Under the pieces are notes generated by a model. That model worked only from the letters and a program-made list of their open reading frames with translations, had not been told where the DNA came from and ran no database searches. A stretch of DNA of 56,118 bases, filler included, from Dugesia japonica (lineage: Eukaryota): the NCBI GenBank assembly GCA_001938525.1. It is 4 parts of 4 records of this genome, joined end to end, with 100 filler letters (N's around TTAATTAATTAA, not from the genome) between each part and the next. Parts side by side here need not be neighbours in the genome. Positions count along the whole stretch, not along the records: positions 1 to 19,191 come from MQRL01301190.1; positions 19,292 to 36,881 come from MQRL01578869.1; 2 more parts are not named here. One strand, given 5' to 3'. The position numbers and the translations under genes are program-made. Shown here piece by piece: positions 12,751 to 22,890 of this stretch (positions are counted from its first letter, which is position 1; each line of letters begins with the position of its first letter).

Positions 12751-13379
12751 AAACAGTTCTTACACAATTGATAAAGAAATCACTCCAAGAGAAATAAATA
12801 TAAATCAATCCAAGCGCATTTCACAAAATTAAATAATCTGTAGATGTAAGTTCATTGAAAAATAAAATTAAAATTATAACTTTTATTTGTATTTCGCTTT
12901 ATAAAAGTAATCTCAAAAAAGAAGGAATGCTGCGTGTATATGATTTTGAATGTGCGCTTTCAAGTTGAATTATTAAATTTTTATCATCAACAGACAAAGT
13001 AAGACTATTAAGTTTGGGTTATCATTCGAAAATCTAATCGTATGAATTTATGTCAGTAACTTTTAAAAATCATATAAAATGATTTATCATCAATAAATAA
13101 GTTATTTTCCGAAATATTACCGCCATTTCAGCTATTAAGTTAGCAATAAGCTCGTAAGGGTATTATTGATTGCTGCGAAGTAACGGCAAAGGTGAAGGTA
13201 GTAAAGTTTGTAGTAAGTTTGAAAGAGTAGTACTAACTGCTGCGTCGAAACGGGATAGTAAAACGTAGTTTACTACGTATATGTACGATTGATGGGCGGT
13301 CAATCTCGATATGGATTGTATTATTTACCAGGCGGTAAATATTTGAAGTAGAGGCTAGCAACAATACGGATTGTTAGCT

Positions 13380-13735
13380 TGTATGAACATGAACTCAAAC
13401 CTACTCAGAGGTGGTTCAACATGATGGGACAAGCCAAATATGCTCAGATATATTTCCACAGGTTCAGACGTGATCAGACATGCTGATTGTGATCAGATGA
13501 ACATAGATCTACTCAAACTTACTCAGAAATGCTAAATGGACTCAGTTATCATAACCTCAGATAGTCTTCGATATACTAAATATTGTCAAAGATATTCAAA
13601 CATTATCAGATCTCTCTGAATGTGCTCATTGTCCTCAACATGTTTGATTATTTTTAGATATGTTCAAGTATTTTATTACACTCAGTGAACTTAGATGTAT
13701 TCCAAGATTCTCAGATATGCTCATATACTTTCAAA
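13380..13735. repeat. Degenerate ~10-bp-period minisatellite (ATGCTCAGAT/ACTCAGA-like)
   Basis: Recurrent CTCAG/TCAGA/CTCAAAC words at roughly 10-bp spacing. Confidence 0.5.
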
Positions 13736-14077
13736 CAAGTCCATTATGTTTAATTGTCTTTAACCATGTTTCTTAATCTTATTTTATTTTCAATGTGATA
13801 AAGTATATGTAGTCAAATCACGCTTCTAGATAGTAAATGATACGATCACATGAATGGCTTTCCAAACGATAAATGAAAACTGGTAAACTATTCTTCAGGT
13901 AAAATTGGAATAATGTTCTTAGGAAAGTTGATAACAATGGACTGCTCTCAAATAAATCTATAATGCTATTATGCTCTCAGCCAAGATCACAGAAAACCTT
14001 CTGCACGCTAATAAAAACAGATCACATTCTCATCAATAGAACTGAAACTTATTTTATGTATCCTGTGTCATAGTTAA

Positions 14078-15305
14078 TGTAATAAATATTTATATCGTTA
14101 TTTCTTCTTCCTTTTGAAAGGCAAAAAATACATGATTACGTTTGATTTTGATTATTTTAGAACTTCTATTGCTCACAGAACAAGAATCTTAACTTTTCTG
14201 CACTTTTCTGCACTTTTCCGATAAAAGTCGCCGACGCTTCCGAGAAGACCGGTTTCAGGACGACCGGGTAAATTATGGGCGGTTATGGCTAATCCCTAGA
14301 TTCAAGTAAATAAAATCAAATCCATGCCTCAACATTATTATAAGAAATAATTTTATTTAATAGAACGTAATTAAATTGAATATTAGTATTTAATTAATTG
14401 TAATCACTTATAATTATCTAATCAAATATTTTTTTTATAAGCATAATAAATGATGTCTAAAATATTAGTTGTGATTTGGAAAATAAATTTTCAATTGAAG
14501 ATTTACCTAACATGGTGCTAGTGGTGGGAAACCAATTCTATTACAGATAGGTTATTGCCGAATGTGTTTTACGGAGGAGATTATATTGAGAAATTCATCA
14601 AGCTGTGCGAATTGTATTTTGAAGCTGAAAACATCACCCAGCTGAAACAACAGGAGAGATTAGTCTCTTGTTTGTTAAATGATGATTTGTTGAAAGAATT
14701 TGCGAAGACGTTGAAAAAAATGAAGGTTTTTAGGCTCGTTTACGTATAACACTTGAGAAAGAGAAAGATGTTATCAAAACCTTTCAAAATTTGATTAACT
14801 ACAGGCGTAGAGGATTTTGTTGGAGCCATTCATTGTTAAATTAAGTGAGTGATTATCCTCAAGGAGTGAAAGAAGATCTTACACAATTGAAAGTCAAAAC
14901 CTCAAACGCGTTTATTTTTACTATACTCAATGTTGTATGATATCGGATAATATGAAAGTTACAGGAAAAGTATACAAGTTCTTAAAGAGGGCAAATTTTC
15001 GGGAAACATAAAAGTAGAATGGGTTTGAAAAGTTGAAGCAAAACAGAAAACAAATATTTTGTACCATAAATTGCAAGGCAAACCAAGTGTTACGGTATCA
15101 ATTCGAGGAAATAAAGTTGAATGTCTATTAGAAACAGGGGTTCGGATGAACATTATGAGTTTGAGTTGTTTTAATAAATTATGAGAACTACATTTAGAAA
15201 TGATTGATGAAAGATTTTGTTATGCAAATAATAGTACACTTGAAATTGTTGGGAAAGTTAGAAGAAGTTTGCAAAAAGGTTACTTTCTTAGTTGCTGAGA
15301 GTGAC
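14078..15305 (+). mobile_element. Ty3/Gypsy 5' part: putative LTR (TG..CA, ends 14512), tRNA-Leu-like PBS, decayed gag and aspartic protease
   Basis: ...TAACA|TGGTGCTAGTGGTGGGA (14513-14529) resembles the tRNA-Leu PBS TGGTGTCAGAAGTGGGA. The gag-like segment is FYGGDYIEKFIKLCELYFEAENI and the protease-like segment is IRGNKVECLLETGVRMNIM (~15100). The element is truncated at ~15305 by the Polinton-like block. Confidence 0.7.
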
Positions 15306-15688
15306 ATGTCATCTTCTTATTCATACTCTATTAAAAAATTATCCAAGTCTTCATTATTAAGACTATCATTATTCAACCTCACTGGTTCCATCAACATTTT
15401 TTTAGTATCCACCGCTTCCGTTGGATATATCAACATATCTTCATTATTTAAAACCCCCGATACAATCACCTCTGAATTATGATCAATCACAAGTAGATAG
15501 ATATGAGCGCTGATTAAAACTGTTATAATTGTTATCAATAATAAATGTTACTATCTTAAATGTTATTAAAAATTACTTTTCTAATTAAAATAACTCATTT
15601 CATTATTAATAAAAACTAATTTACTTAATAAAAAATTAAAACCAAAATTAAAAACCAAATAAATTAAAAAATATTTATTTAATAAAAA

Positions 15689-16172
15689 TTATTCTAGTCG
15701 TCTTCTTTTTGGGTTGTCGATGTAACCGTCCAAAACTTTGTACATATTTCTTCTCATACACCCAATATATGTGTATGTCATCGCAATTGAGGAATAATCG
15801 GCCAGAACTAATTTGATATCGATATCCTGGCATTCTTTGATGTCCGACCATATTGTATTCTCCGGCCAGAACATTGCATCGTCATTTAAATGCTTCATCC
15901 TCAAAAAGAATTTCCAATGCAATTTATAGAAAAATATATGTAGTAATATAAAAATAATAAACAGTTAAAAATACTCTTCTCTGTATTATACGGATTCTCA
16001 TTCCATTTCACCATTCTTCTCTTTCAATCTCTTTATCCGGTTCCTCCATAATTACATCTTCTTGCTTAGTTTCTTCGTCTATGATGACGGTCATGTTATC
16101 ATCATCATCTTCCATTACATTGACAAGGTCATCATCAAATTTGGGAAGTTCTGATAGTTCGTAATTGCACAT
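15689..16172 (-). pseudogene. Polinton accessory ORF(s): acidic N-terminal part (ATG 16172) and C-terminal part ending in an NLS-like PKRRRLE, possibly spliced
   Basis: MCNYELSELPKFDDDLVNVMEDDDNMTVIIDEETKQED..., then an AT-rich ~50-nt GT-starting spacer, then ORF 15689-15922. There is one internal stop and the acceptor is imperfect. Confidence 0.4.
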
Positions 16173-16385
16173 GATTTTTTTTTAACTAAAATTGATTGAA
16201 AATGTTCTTGTATATATATTTAATTACAATGTGATAATTTTTACAAATCAAAATTGACCAATCAAATTTTAGTAAACAAGAGTACTTTGTTTATTTGCTT
16301 TTGAACAGCACGCACGTTGCAAAATGTAGTTATATTTTATAATTTATCAAGTGAATTATCCACATATCCTTGATAATATAAATTC

Positions 16386-17339
16386 TTGAGACCAAGTATG
16401 ACAAAGACCAAAAAGTGGTTATTGGGTCAACTGGCTTACAGTCTGAATAAACCAATGTTGAAAAGATTTCCTATAAGAGCACATAAAACATATTGTATGA
16501 ACGATTTATGGCAAATGGATTTGATGGAAATGATTCCGTCTTCGAAAATAATAAGGGATACAAGTATATTTTGACGTGTATTGATGTCTTAAACAGATTA
16601 GCACGTGCAATTCCCGCAAAACTGAAATCTGCCACCGACATGGAAACTGCAATCAAAACAATGTTGAACGAGGGACATCCAGATAATTTACAAACTGATC
16701 TGGGTAATGAATTTTATAATTCAAAAGTTAAAAATCTTTTAGCACATTTTAAAAAAAACTATTATATAGTACCTTCACAGTACAAGGCTGCACTTGTAGA
16801 GAGATTTAATCGAACATTAAGAGAACCTTTAAAAATACTTTATGCATGCTGGAAAGAAAACCTGGATAAACGTTTTGTTGAAATTAATTCAGTTCAAATC
16901 ATTCTAGTCATAAAGATGTGAAAGGAGCAAAAACTATAGATTTATAAACAAAAAATCAATAAAAATTATGGTTATCGCGTCATCAAAATAAAGCAAATAA
17001 GAAACCGAAATATAAAGTCGCTGACCATGTTAGAATCTCAAAAATAAGTGCATCTTCATTCATTAAAAACTTTGATAGTAATTGGAGCGACGAAGTCTTG
17101 AAAATAATGAAAATCAATACTAAACAAAATCCAGTCATGTATGTAATTAAAGATTATGAGAATAATATAATACAAGAAAAATTTTATGAGCAGGAATTAC
17201 AAGTCATTCTATCTCCTTCTCTATATAAAATCGACAAAAATATAAAATCGTGAGGAACAAAAAAGAATAAACAATATTATGTAAAGTGGCATGGATATCA
17301 AAAACCTACTGGGATATTAGCATCACAGTTAGTTAATAA
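16386..17339 (+). pseudogene. Retroviral-type (rve) integrase with C-terminal chromodomain, Polinton type, frameshifted
   Basis: NDLWQMDL..., GYKYILTCIDV, LQTDLGNEFYN and KAALVERFNRTL (DDE core), then KYKVADHVRISK, NWSDEV, FYEQELQ and QYYVKWHGYQK (chromodomain). Confidence 0.9.
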
Positions 17340-18351
17340 TGACATCGAGTAATTTCTATACACTTTTACCTAGTAATAACTGTGCAATTATTCATCAGGA
17401 TAATAATGCCAGTAAATTCATTGCTAAGCTACAAAATCCAATTTATATGGATAGAAAGTGGGAAGTAGCATTGTTAGATTTTACCTTTGTATATCTAACA
17501 TTTCCATTATATAGCAATTCTAAAATTCAACACATGTTTACAAAAAATATATCAACTGAAATAACTGTTACAATTAATCATAAAGAATAATCCTTGAGTG
17601 TCAGTAAAAATGACAATGTTTATATATCTAATATGGGTTATATAACTATTAAATGTGAATATCCATATGTTGTCATATTTGAAAATGAAAAATTCGCAAA
17701 TAGATTTAGATTCCCACATATGACTAACAAAATGGATCCTGGATATTATGGTAATATTTATACAATACTTAAAGAAGATTATCCAAGAGAATATGTAAAA
17801 TTTAAAATAGAGTATTTTAAAGTAATTTGCGATATTATACAGTTGAAAGATGAATTATACATAAAAGAATTAGAAGATTTAAATAAATATTTTACAGAAA
17901 GTGGTTCTGAACTAATACGATTAGTCTCAAAGTAAATAATCTATTTCAATTGTCGTTAAAAAATGATATCAAAATTGTTACATTCGATAAAGTTTTGACA
18001 AGAACATTGAGATTAGAAAAACAACAATATTCACACGTAAAATTGAAGGATGGTGTATTGCAAGGTATTAGAAATCCGAAAATAATTAAGTTACATCAAC
18101 AAATGTTCATCTATAGTAGTATTGTTGAACCTATAATTGTAGGAGATGTTAAAGTTCCTCTTTTGAAATCTGTATGGGTAGAAAAGCATGAAAATGATGA
18201 AGATGTTCAAATAATAGTTGATAATCCAATTGCTACAACATGTATAAACAATATGAAAATTAATATACGTGATAATAACGGGAAATTAATCAAGTTTGCA
18301 AAAGACTATAAAACAGATTTAACTTTACAGTTTCCAAAAATAAATCAATAA
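17339..18351 (+). pseudogene. Minor capsid protein (penton, PX) of Polinton/adintovirus, interrupted by stops
   Basis: N-terminal FYTLLPSNN...NNASKF...L.NPI...WEVAL and C-terminal MFIYSSIVEPIIVGDVKVPLLKSV...INIRDNNGKLIKF are characteristic of Polinton pentons. A variable middle insertion separates them. Confidence 0.85.
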
Positions 18352-18793
18352 TCCCGATATTGTGTCGTTGTAAAGCAGTAGTCAAGCTGGTAGAGAATTA
18401 CCTTATTTTGTAGGAAAACAGTATGCTTCCGGCTGGTTGTGAACAATATGTAGATTCGCTTCATATTCTTAGACAAATTGGTTCATTTGGTATGAAAACT
18501 GCTCAGGTTGTACTGGCTAATAATGGAAAGCTATTACCAACACTAAAATCGAATGCAATGACTGAACTTGGTGATGTAGTATCTTCATTGCCTAACGGAG
18601 TGACTAACATAATAGCAAAGTAGGAAAAATATGACTGACAAGTATAACAAGCAAAATATCAAGTAGTATAAGTAATATTTTAACAAATCAACAAAAACCT
18701 GAAAACCAACAAGTTAAAAGTGGTAAGCTTAAAAAATCAAACAAGTCACGTATAAACAAACGAATGAAAGGACATGTAACTATATTTGAATAA
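18351..18793 (+). pseudogene. Basic virion core-like protein (Polinton PZ/adintovirus core type), decayed
   Basis: QAGRELPYFVGKQYASGWL motif, then a Lys/Arg-rich tail KSGKLKKSNKSRINKRMKGHVTIFE*, whose TAA overlaps the hexon ATG. Confidence 0.6.
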
Positions 18794-19130
18794 TGATTTG
18801 TGAAAAAACTGAATTGTGTATTCCTGGTCGACCATCTCCCCAATCGGTTATTAAGTATAGTGCATTTGCGGATGTGTTTCCAATGAATACAATTTTGGAA
18901 GGTAGAAATGATGTAGAGTTTTATATAAATGGATCCCAAACAGAATACTGTGACTTAAATGATACTTTATTTAAGTAAAAATTAAGATTTGGCTGATAAT
19001 TCTGATGTGGTATCTAGCAATTACATATTTCAATCGTTATTTAAAGATGTATCCATGTCATTTAATACTATGAAAATTGAGGGCAGGAATGGAACTCATA
19101 TCCAAAAAGCATTGATTGTTGTTCATTGAA
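18793..19130 (+). pseudogene. Major capsid protein (hexon, double jelly-roll PY) N-terminal fragment
   Basis: MICEKTELCIPGRPSPQSVIKYSAFADVFPMNTI...VEFYINGSQTEYCDLNDTLF matches the Polinton MCP N-terminus pattern (C.K.EL..F..P.TQ..I....EF.I.G...Y.DL..T). Confidence 0.8.
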
Positions 19131-19235
19131 CATTACTATTAAAAACATTAATTTTAATACAAATTATGGATTTTTAATATTTCACACTTATNNNNNNNNN
19201 NNNNNNNNNNNNNNNNNNNNNNNNNNNNNNNNNNN

Positions 19236-19247
19236 TTAATTAATTAA
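19236..19247. other. Artificial contig-joining linker TTAATTAATTAA between N runs (also 36926-36937 and 46454-46465)
   Basis: An identical six-frame-stop 12-mer centred in N runs of matching length at three sites. Confidence 0.9.
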
Positions 19248-19399
19248 NNNNNNNNNNNNNNNNNNNNNNNNNNNNNNNNNNNNNNNNNNNNCTTTTAACT
19301 TCAGTTATTATTATTTTATAATCATTTCATAGATTAATATTTCTTATTATTTTCTTATTCATTTTATTATTAACCTTTAATTTATTTCTTTCACTGTTT

Positions 19400-22350
19400 T
19401 TCATATTTCACAAAAGGCTGTTTCAGCCCAACACAATCTAAAGGCAAGTAATGGGATAATTCTGAAGATAACGGAGAAGTAATGAGAAAAGAACGAGAAG
19501 AAGAGAATCCCAATGATCAAATTACTAGCTATGGAAAAAGGTGTCAACTCTGCTGAAGTCAAACACACTCTACTGACAATTGTAGGAATAATTACAGACA
19601 AAGAGGACAATTTGTTAAACGACGTCAGCCTATCGGAGGTTATTTTATTGAAGCAAGACGAAAAGCAAGAGGTAGAATTTGTCGTAGAATGACTTGTGTA
19701 ACTGGTCAGTGTACAATAGTATATTCATATTGCAGTAAATGTAACGGAAAGGGACATTCATCAGACGAATGTTTGAGTCGCGCAAATAGTGATGACATGA
19801 TTATGTTTAATAATGAAATGAAAATAGAACGGGAGCCTCGGTGCCAATATTGTCGTCGGAAAACGAATCTTATTAGTCAATGCAAAATATATTGTTTCAA
19901 ATGTCAAACAAAAGGTCATACAGCGAAAAGTTTCCAAAGAAGAAGCACTCGGGCAAATAGAACAGAGACAGCATCCATCGATATGTCGCAAAACAAATAT
20001 ACAAAATCGAAGCAAATGAAAATAAAGCAACGGCATTATTATTATGAAAATGATAACAAGGATAAGTTGAGTGCAAGAAGATTAGATCAAGGAGATAAAT
20101 ATAACAGGTGCATATATTATACCTATAACAGGTGCAAGAAAATGCAAACAGCTGAGTGGTGAGAGGAGGCTAAAAGAAAATTATAATGAGTTGGAAAATT
20201 CAAAACATTTAAATGCTGAAATCATGAGTAGTACGGATGAAAATGAAGACAGAAGAAGAAAAAAAAATTGCAAACAAGCAATTAAGAAATCTATCAATAA
20301 TAGAAGATAGCGATGGATTCCAGATAATAAGCCGAAGTCTGAATAATTGCCCTACCGGTAAGGAGCGATATCGAAGGCAAGAGGATCGATATTGGGAACT
20401 GAGGTCAAAGAATACTGTAGAAGAAGTGGAGAGTGAAGAAGAATGATGAAGGAAGTATAGAAAAACGGCATTTGTAAACTAAACAATATGAGGAACGAAA
20501 AGATACCCAGTATGTTTTGAAAATACTGCAATTTAGGAGGCAAAATCTAGGTCTAAATGAGTGTGCGGAGAATAAATCAAACAGATTAATAGTAAAGGAA
20601 CCGAGAAAAGAGAAAGTAAGCTCAAAGTAGATGATCAAAATTTTGGTGGATGGACAGGAAATGATGGCGTTTATAGACACGTAGCAAATATATCAGTGAT
20701 CAGTCCAAACACATAGGATACTCTCAGAGAATTCGGAAAACGGACGAATTTGTAGTAGTAGCGGCGAAAGGGAAATCCCATTAAATTAGGTGGCAGTGTA
20801 GCATGTCGGATAATGTATATTAATCGGATGGTGAAACAACGGGTTTCAATAATGGATGTGGAGGAAGACTTTATTCTGGGGACCAATTTATTACCCAAGC
20901 TATTAGCCGATTTTATATTTGATTGTGAAACACTACAACTGATAGAGAAAAAAGGAAATATACCAGAAAGAAACAGTTCACTCGTTAATATTAATCAAAC
21001 TAAAGAAAGAAAAATATATGAAAGAAAGATTCGTATGATACGGACAGTTACACAAAATAAGGACAGATCGAGACTGATAAATGAAAGAGTGATATGGTAG
21101 GCTAATGGAATAGGAAATATACTACAAAGCCTGAGTTGTCAGCCGGTGACACTGGATGTGAGAGAGCTGACGGGAGATCTCCATAACTTAAAACGCCTGC
21201 TGAATAGATCTCAACAAATTTTATTAGAAGATCTTAGAAACAAGCAATGGCAAAGATTAAGAAGTCAAAGGAATGAATTATTTGAAGTAAACATTGAAAT
21301 AAACATTGGCCAAATTTTACAACAAGTCAATTACTAGTTCATGAAAAAGATCTTTGGTGCGATATAATTGAGAAAATTAAGAAAATAGAGAACTATGAAG
21401 GAGGACCAATACATTTCGGGCATACCAAAGGGGAACCAAACTCTCTGCAGCCAATCGTTCCATGTGGACTCTGGAAGAATCCTAGTATATACTTGTATGC
21501 TTTGAATCAGGAAGATAGTAAAAAGAAGATAGATAGGAAAAGCAATGGACCTTATTATCGTCTAGATGGGAGCTGAAAAGCGATAAAAAGAAGTATGGTA
21601 ATGTTGCTCAGAGAAATCAGAAGGGAGACCGAAGGATATTGAAAACGTGTTTCAACTGTCAATCGAATGGGCACATCGGGAAGAATTGTCGAATGAAGGT
21701 AACGAATACCCCAACAAATAAAAATAATTATTTATTCAACGTCACTCTACAGCATAGTTATACTAATTACTCAAGAAAAATTATCAGCAGTCGGGTAAAG
21801 AAACTACGAGGAAAGAACGGTCTGAAAATCAGGAAAATAAAATAAAATCATGAGTGTTGGGTACATCGATTCAGTTAAAGCAAACCCAAGAATATTCATG
21901 ATGACCACTATTAAATGCGCTAATATTAATCTTAGAAAATTAGCAAACAAAAGTGGTCGCCACGCATTGTTACATCTGAGATTTAAAACACAGAAATTGC
22001 AGAAAAGAGAATCATGGGCGCCAGAAGTGAAGAAATCGGCAATAAACAACTAAGGCAAGTTAATGGATCATTCTTGGAAATAAAAAGAATGCTACAAAAA
22101 TCACTACAAGCTCTCTATCTAAAAAGAACTTTGACAGAAGAGTTCGTAAAAGAGGAAGACGGAAAATTATCGGAAACAAGTGATGGATGAATTCAAGGCC
22201 GGAAATTGAAAGTACGACAATCCGAAAAATGAACGATTCAATATGAAAGGACTAATTTCACAAAATAAATGGAGACCGTTATATCAACCGTGTCTGATAG
22301 GTTTCCAAAGGGTTACTACAAATAATTAGAAGTATTGGATCTTCAATAAT
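19400..22350 (+). mobile_element. Decayed Ty3/Gypsy-like element with multiple CCHC zinc knuckles, protease and RT remnants
   Basis: Knuckles CSKCNGKGHSSDEC, CQYCRRKTNLISQC, CFKCQTKGHTAK and CFNCQSNGHIGKNC; protease-like ILVDGQEMMAFIDT..NISVI (~20640); KEEDGK RT-like remnant. Confidence 0.7.
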
Positions 22351-22890
22351 CAATTGAAAANNNNNNNNNNNNNNNNNNNNNNNNNNNNNNNNNNNNNNNN
22401 NNNNNNNNNNNNNNNNNNNNNNNNNNNNNNNNNNNNNNNNNNNNNNNNNNNNNNNNNNNNNNNNNNNNNNNNNNNNNNNNNNNNNNNNNNNNNNNNNNNN
22501 NNNNNNNNNNNNNNNNNNNNNNNNNNNNNNNNNNNNNNNNNNNNNNNNNNNNNNNNNNNNNNNNNNNNNAATAATAAAATTTTAGTTAAGTGGGTTCACG
22601 GTCTCGATTTATAAAATCTTTCATTTTTTTAATTGGAAAAATAGTTAACTATTAAAAATAAAACAAAATACTTTTACTTTTAAACAGAATTAATGCGTTC
22701 ATTTTTCGACATCTTTAGCAATAAATTTAGATTTATTAGCAACTAAAAAATCGCAAACTCGTGAAAAATTTATTAAAAATTCAAAACAATAACATATTGA
22801 GCAAACCAAATAAGTCCATTTTTTAAATTAAACCGACAAATTTCGCTGTATAAGCTAATTATCTATATAAATTGTTAAATGTATAGTAAA

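Larger units (their letters stand above)
15306..19130 (+). mobile_element. Endogenous Polinton/Maverick (adintovirus-like) element fragment
   Basis: Tightly packed integrase, penton, basic core protein and hexon genes on +, with divergent small ORFs on -. No pPolB, ATPase, TIR or TSD is visible, and the block ends shortly before a contig linker. Confidence 0.88.

Noticed and set aside
13380-13735. Possible CRISPR-like array
   Set aside because: There is no constant repeat with unique spacers and no cas genes, and the context is eukaryotic.
3818-19130. ZNFX1 (antiviral/small-RNA helicase) close to an endogenous virus as a functional defence locus
   Set aside because: They are about 5 kb apart with unrelated TE debris between them in a TE-dense genome. 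No sequence evidence links them functionally.
19192-19291. TTAATTAATTAA palindrome recurring three times (also ~36926, ~46454)
   Set aside because: It is always centred in N runs of the same length, so it is a scaffolding linker and not biology. It also means gene neighbourhoods across these points are unverified.
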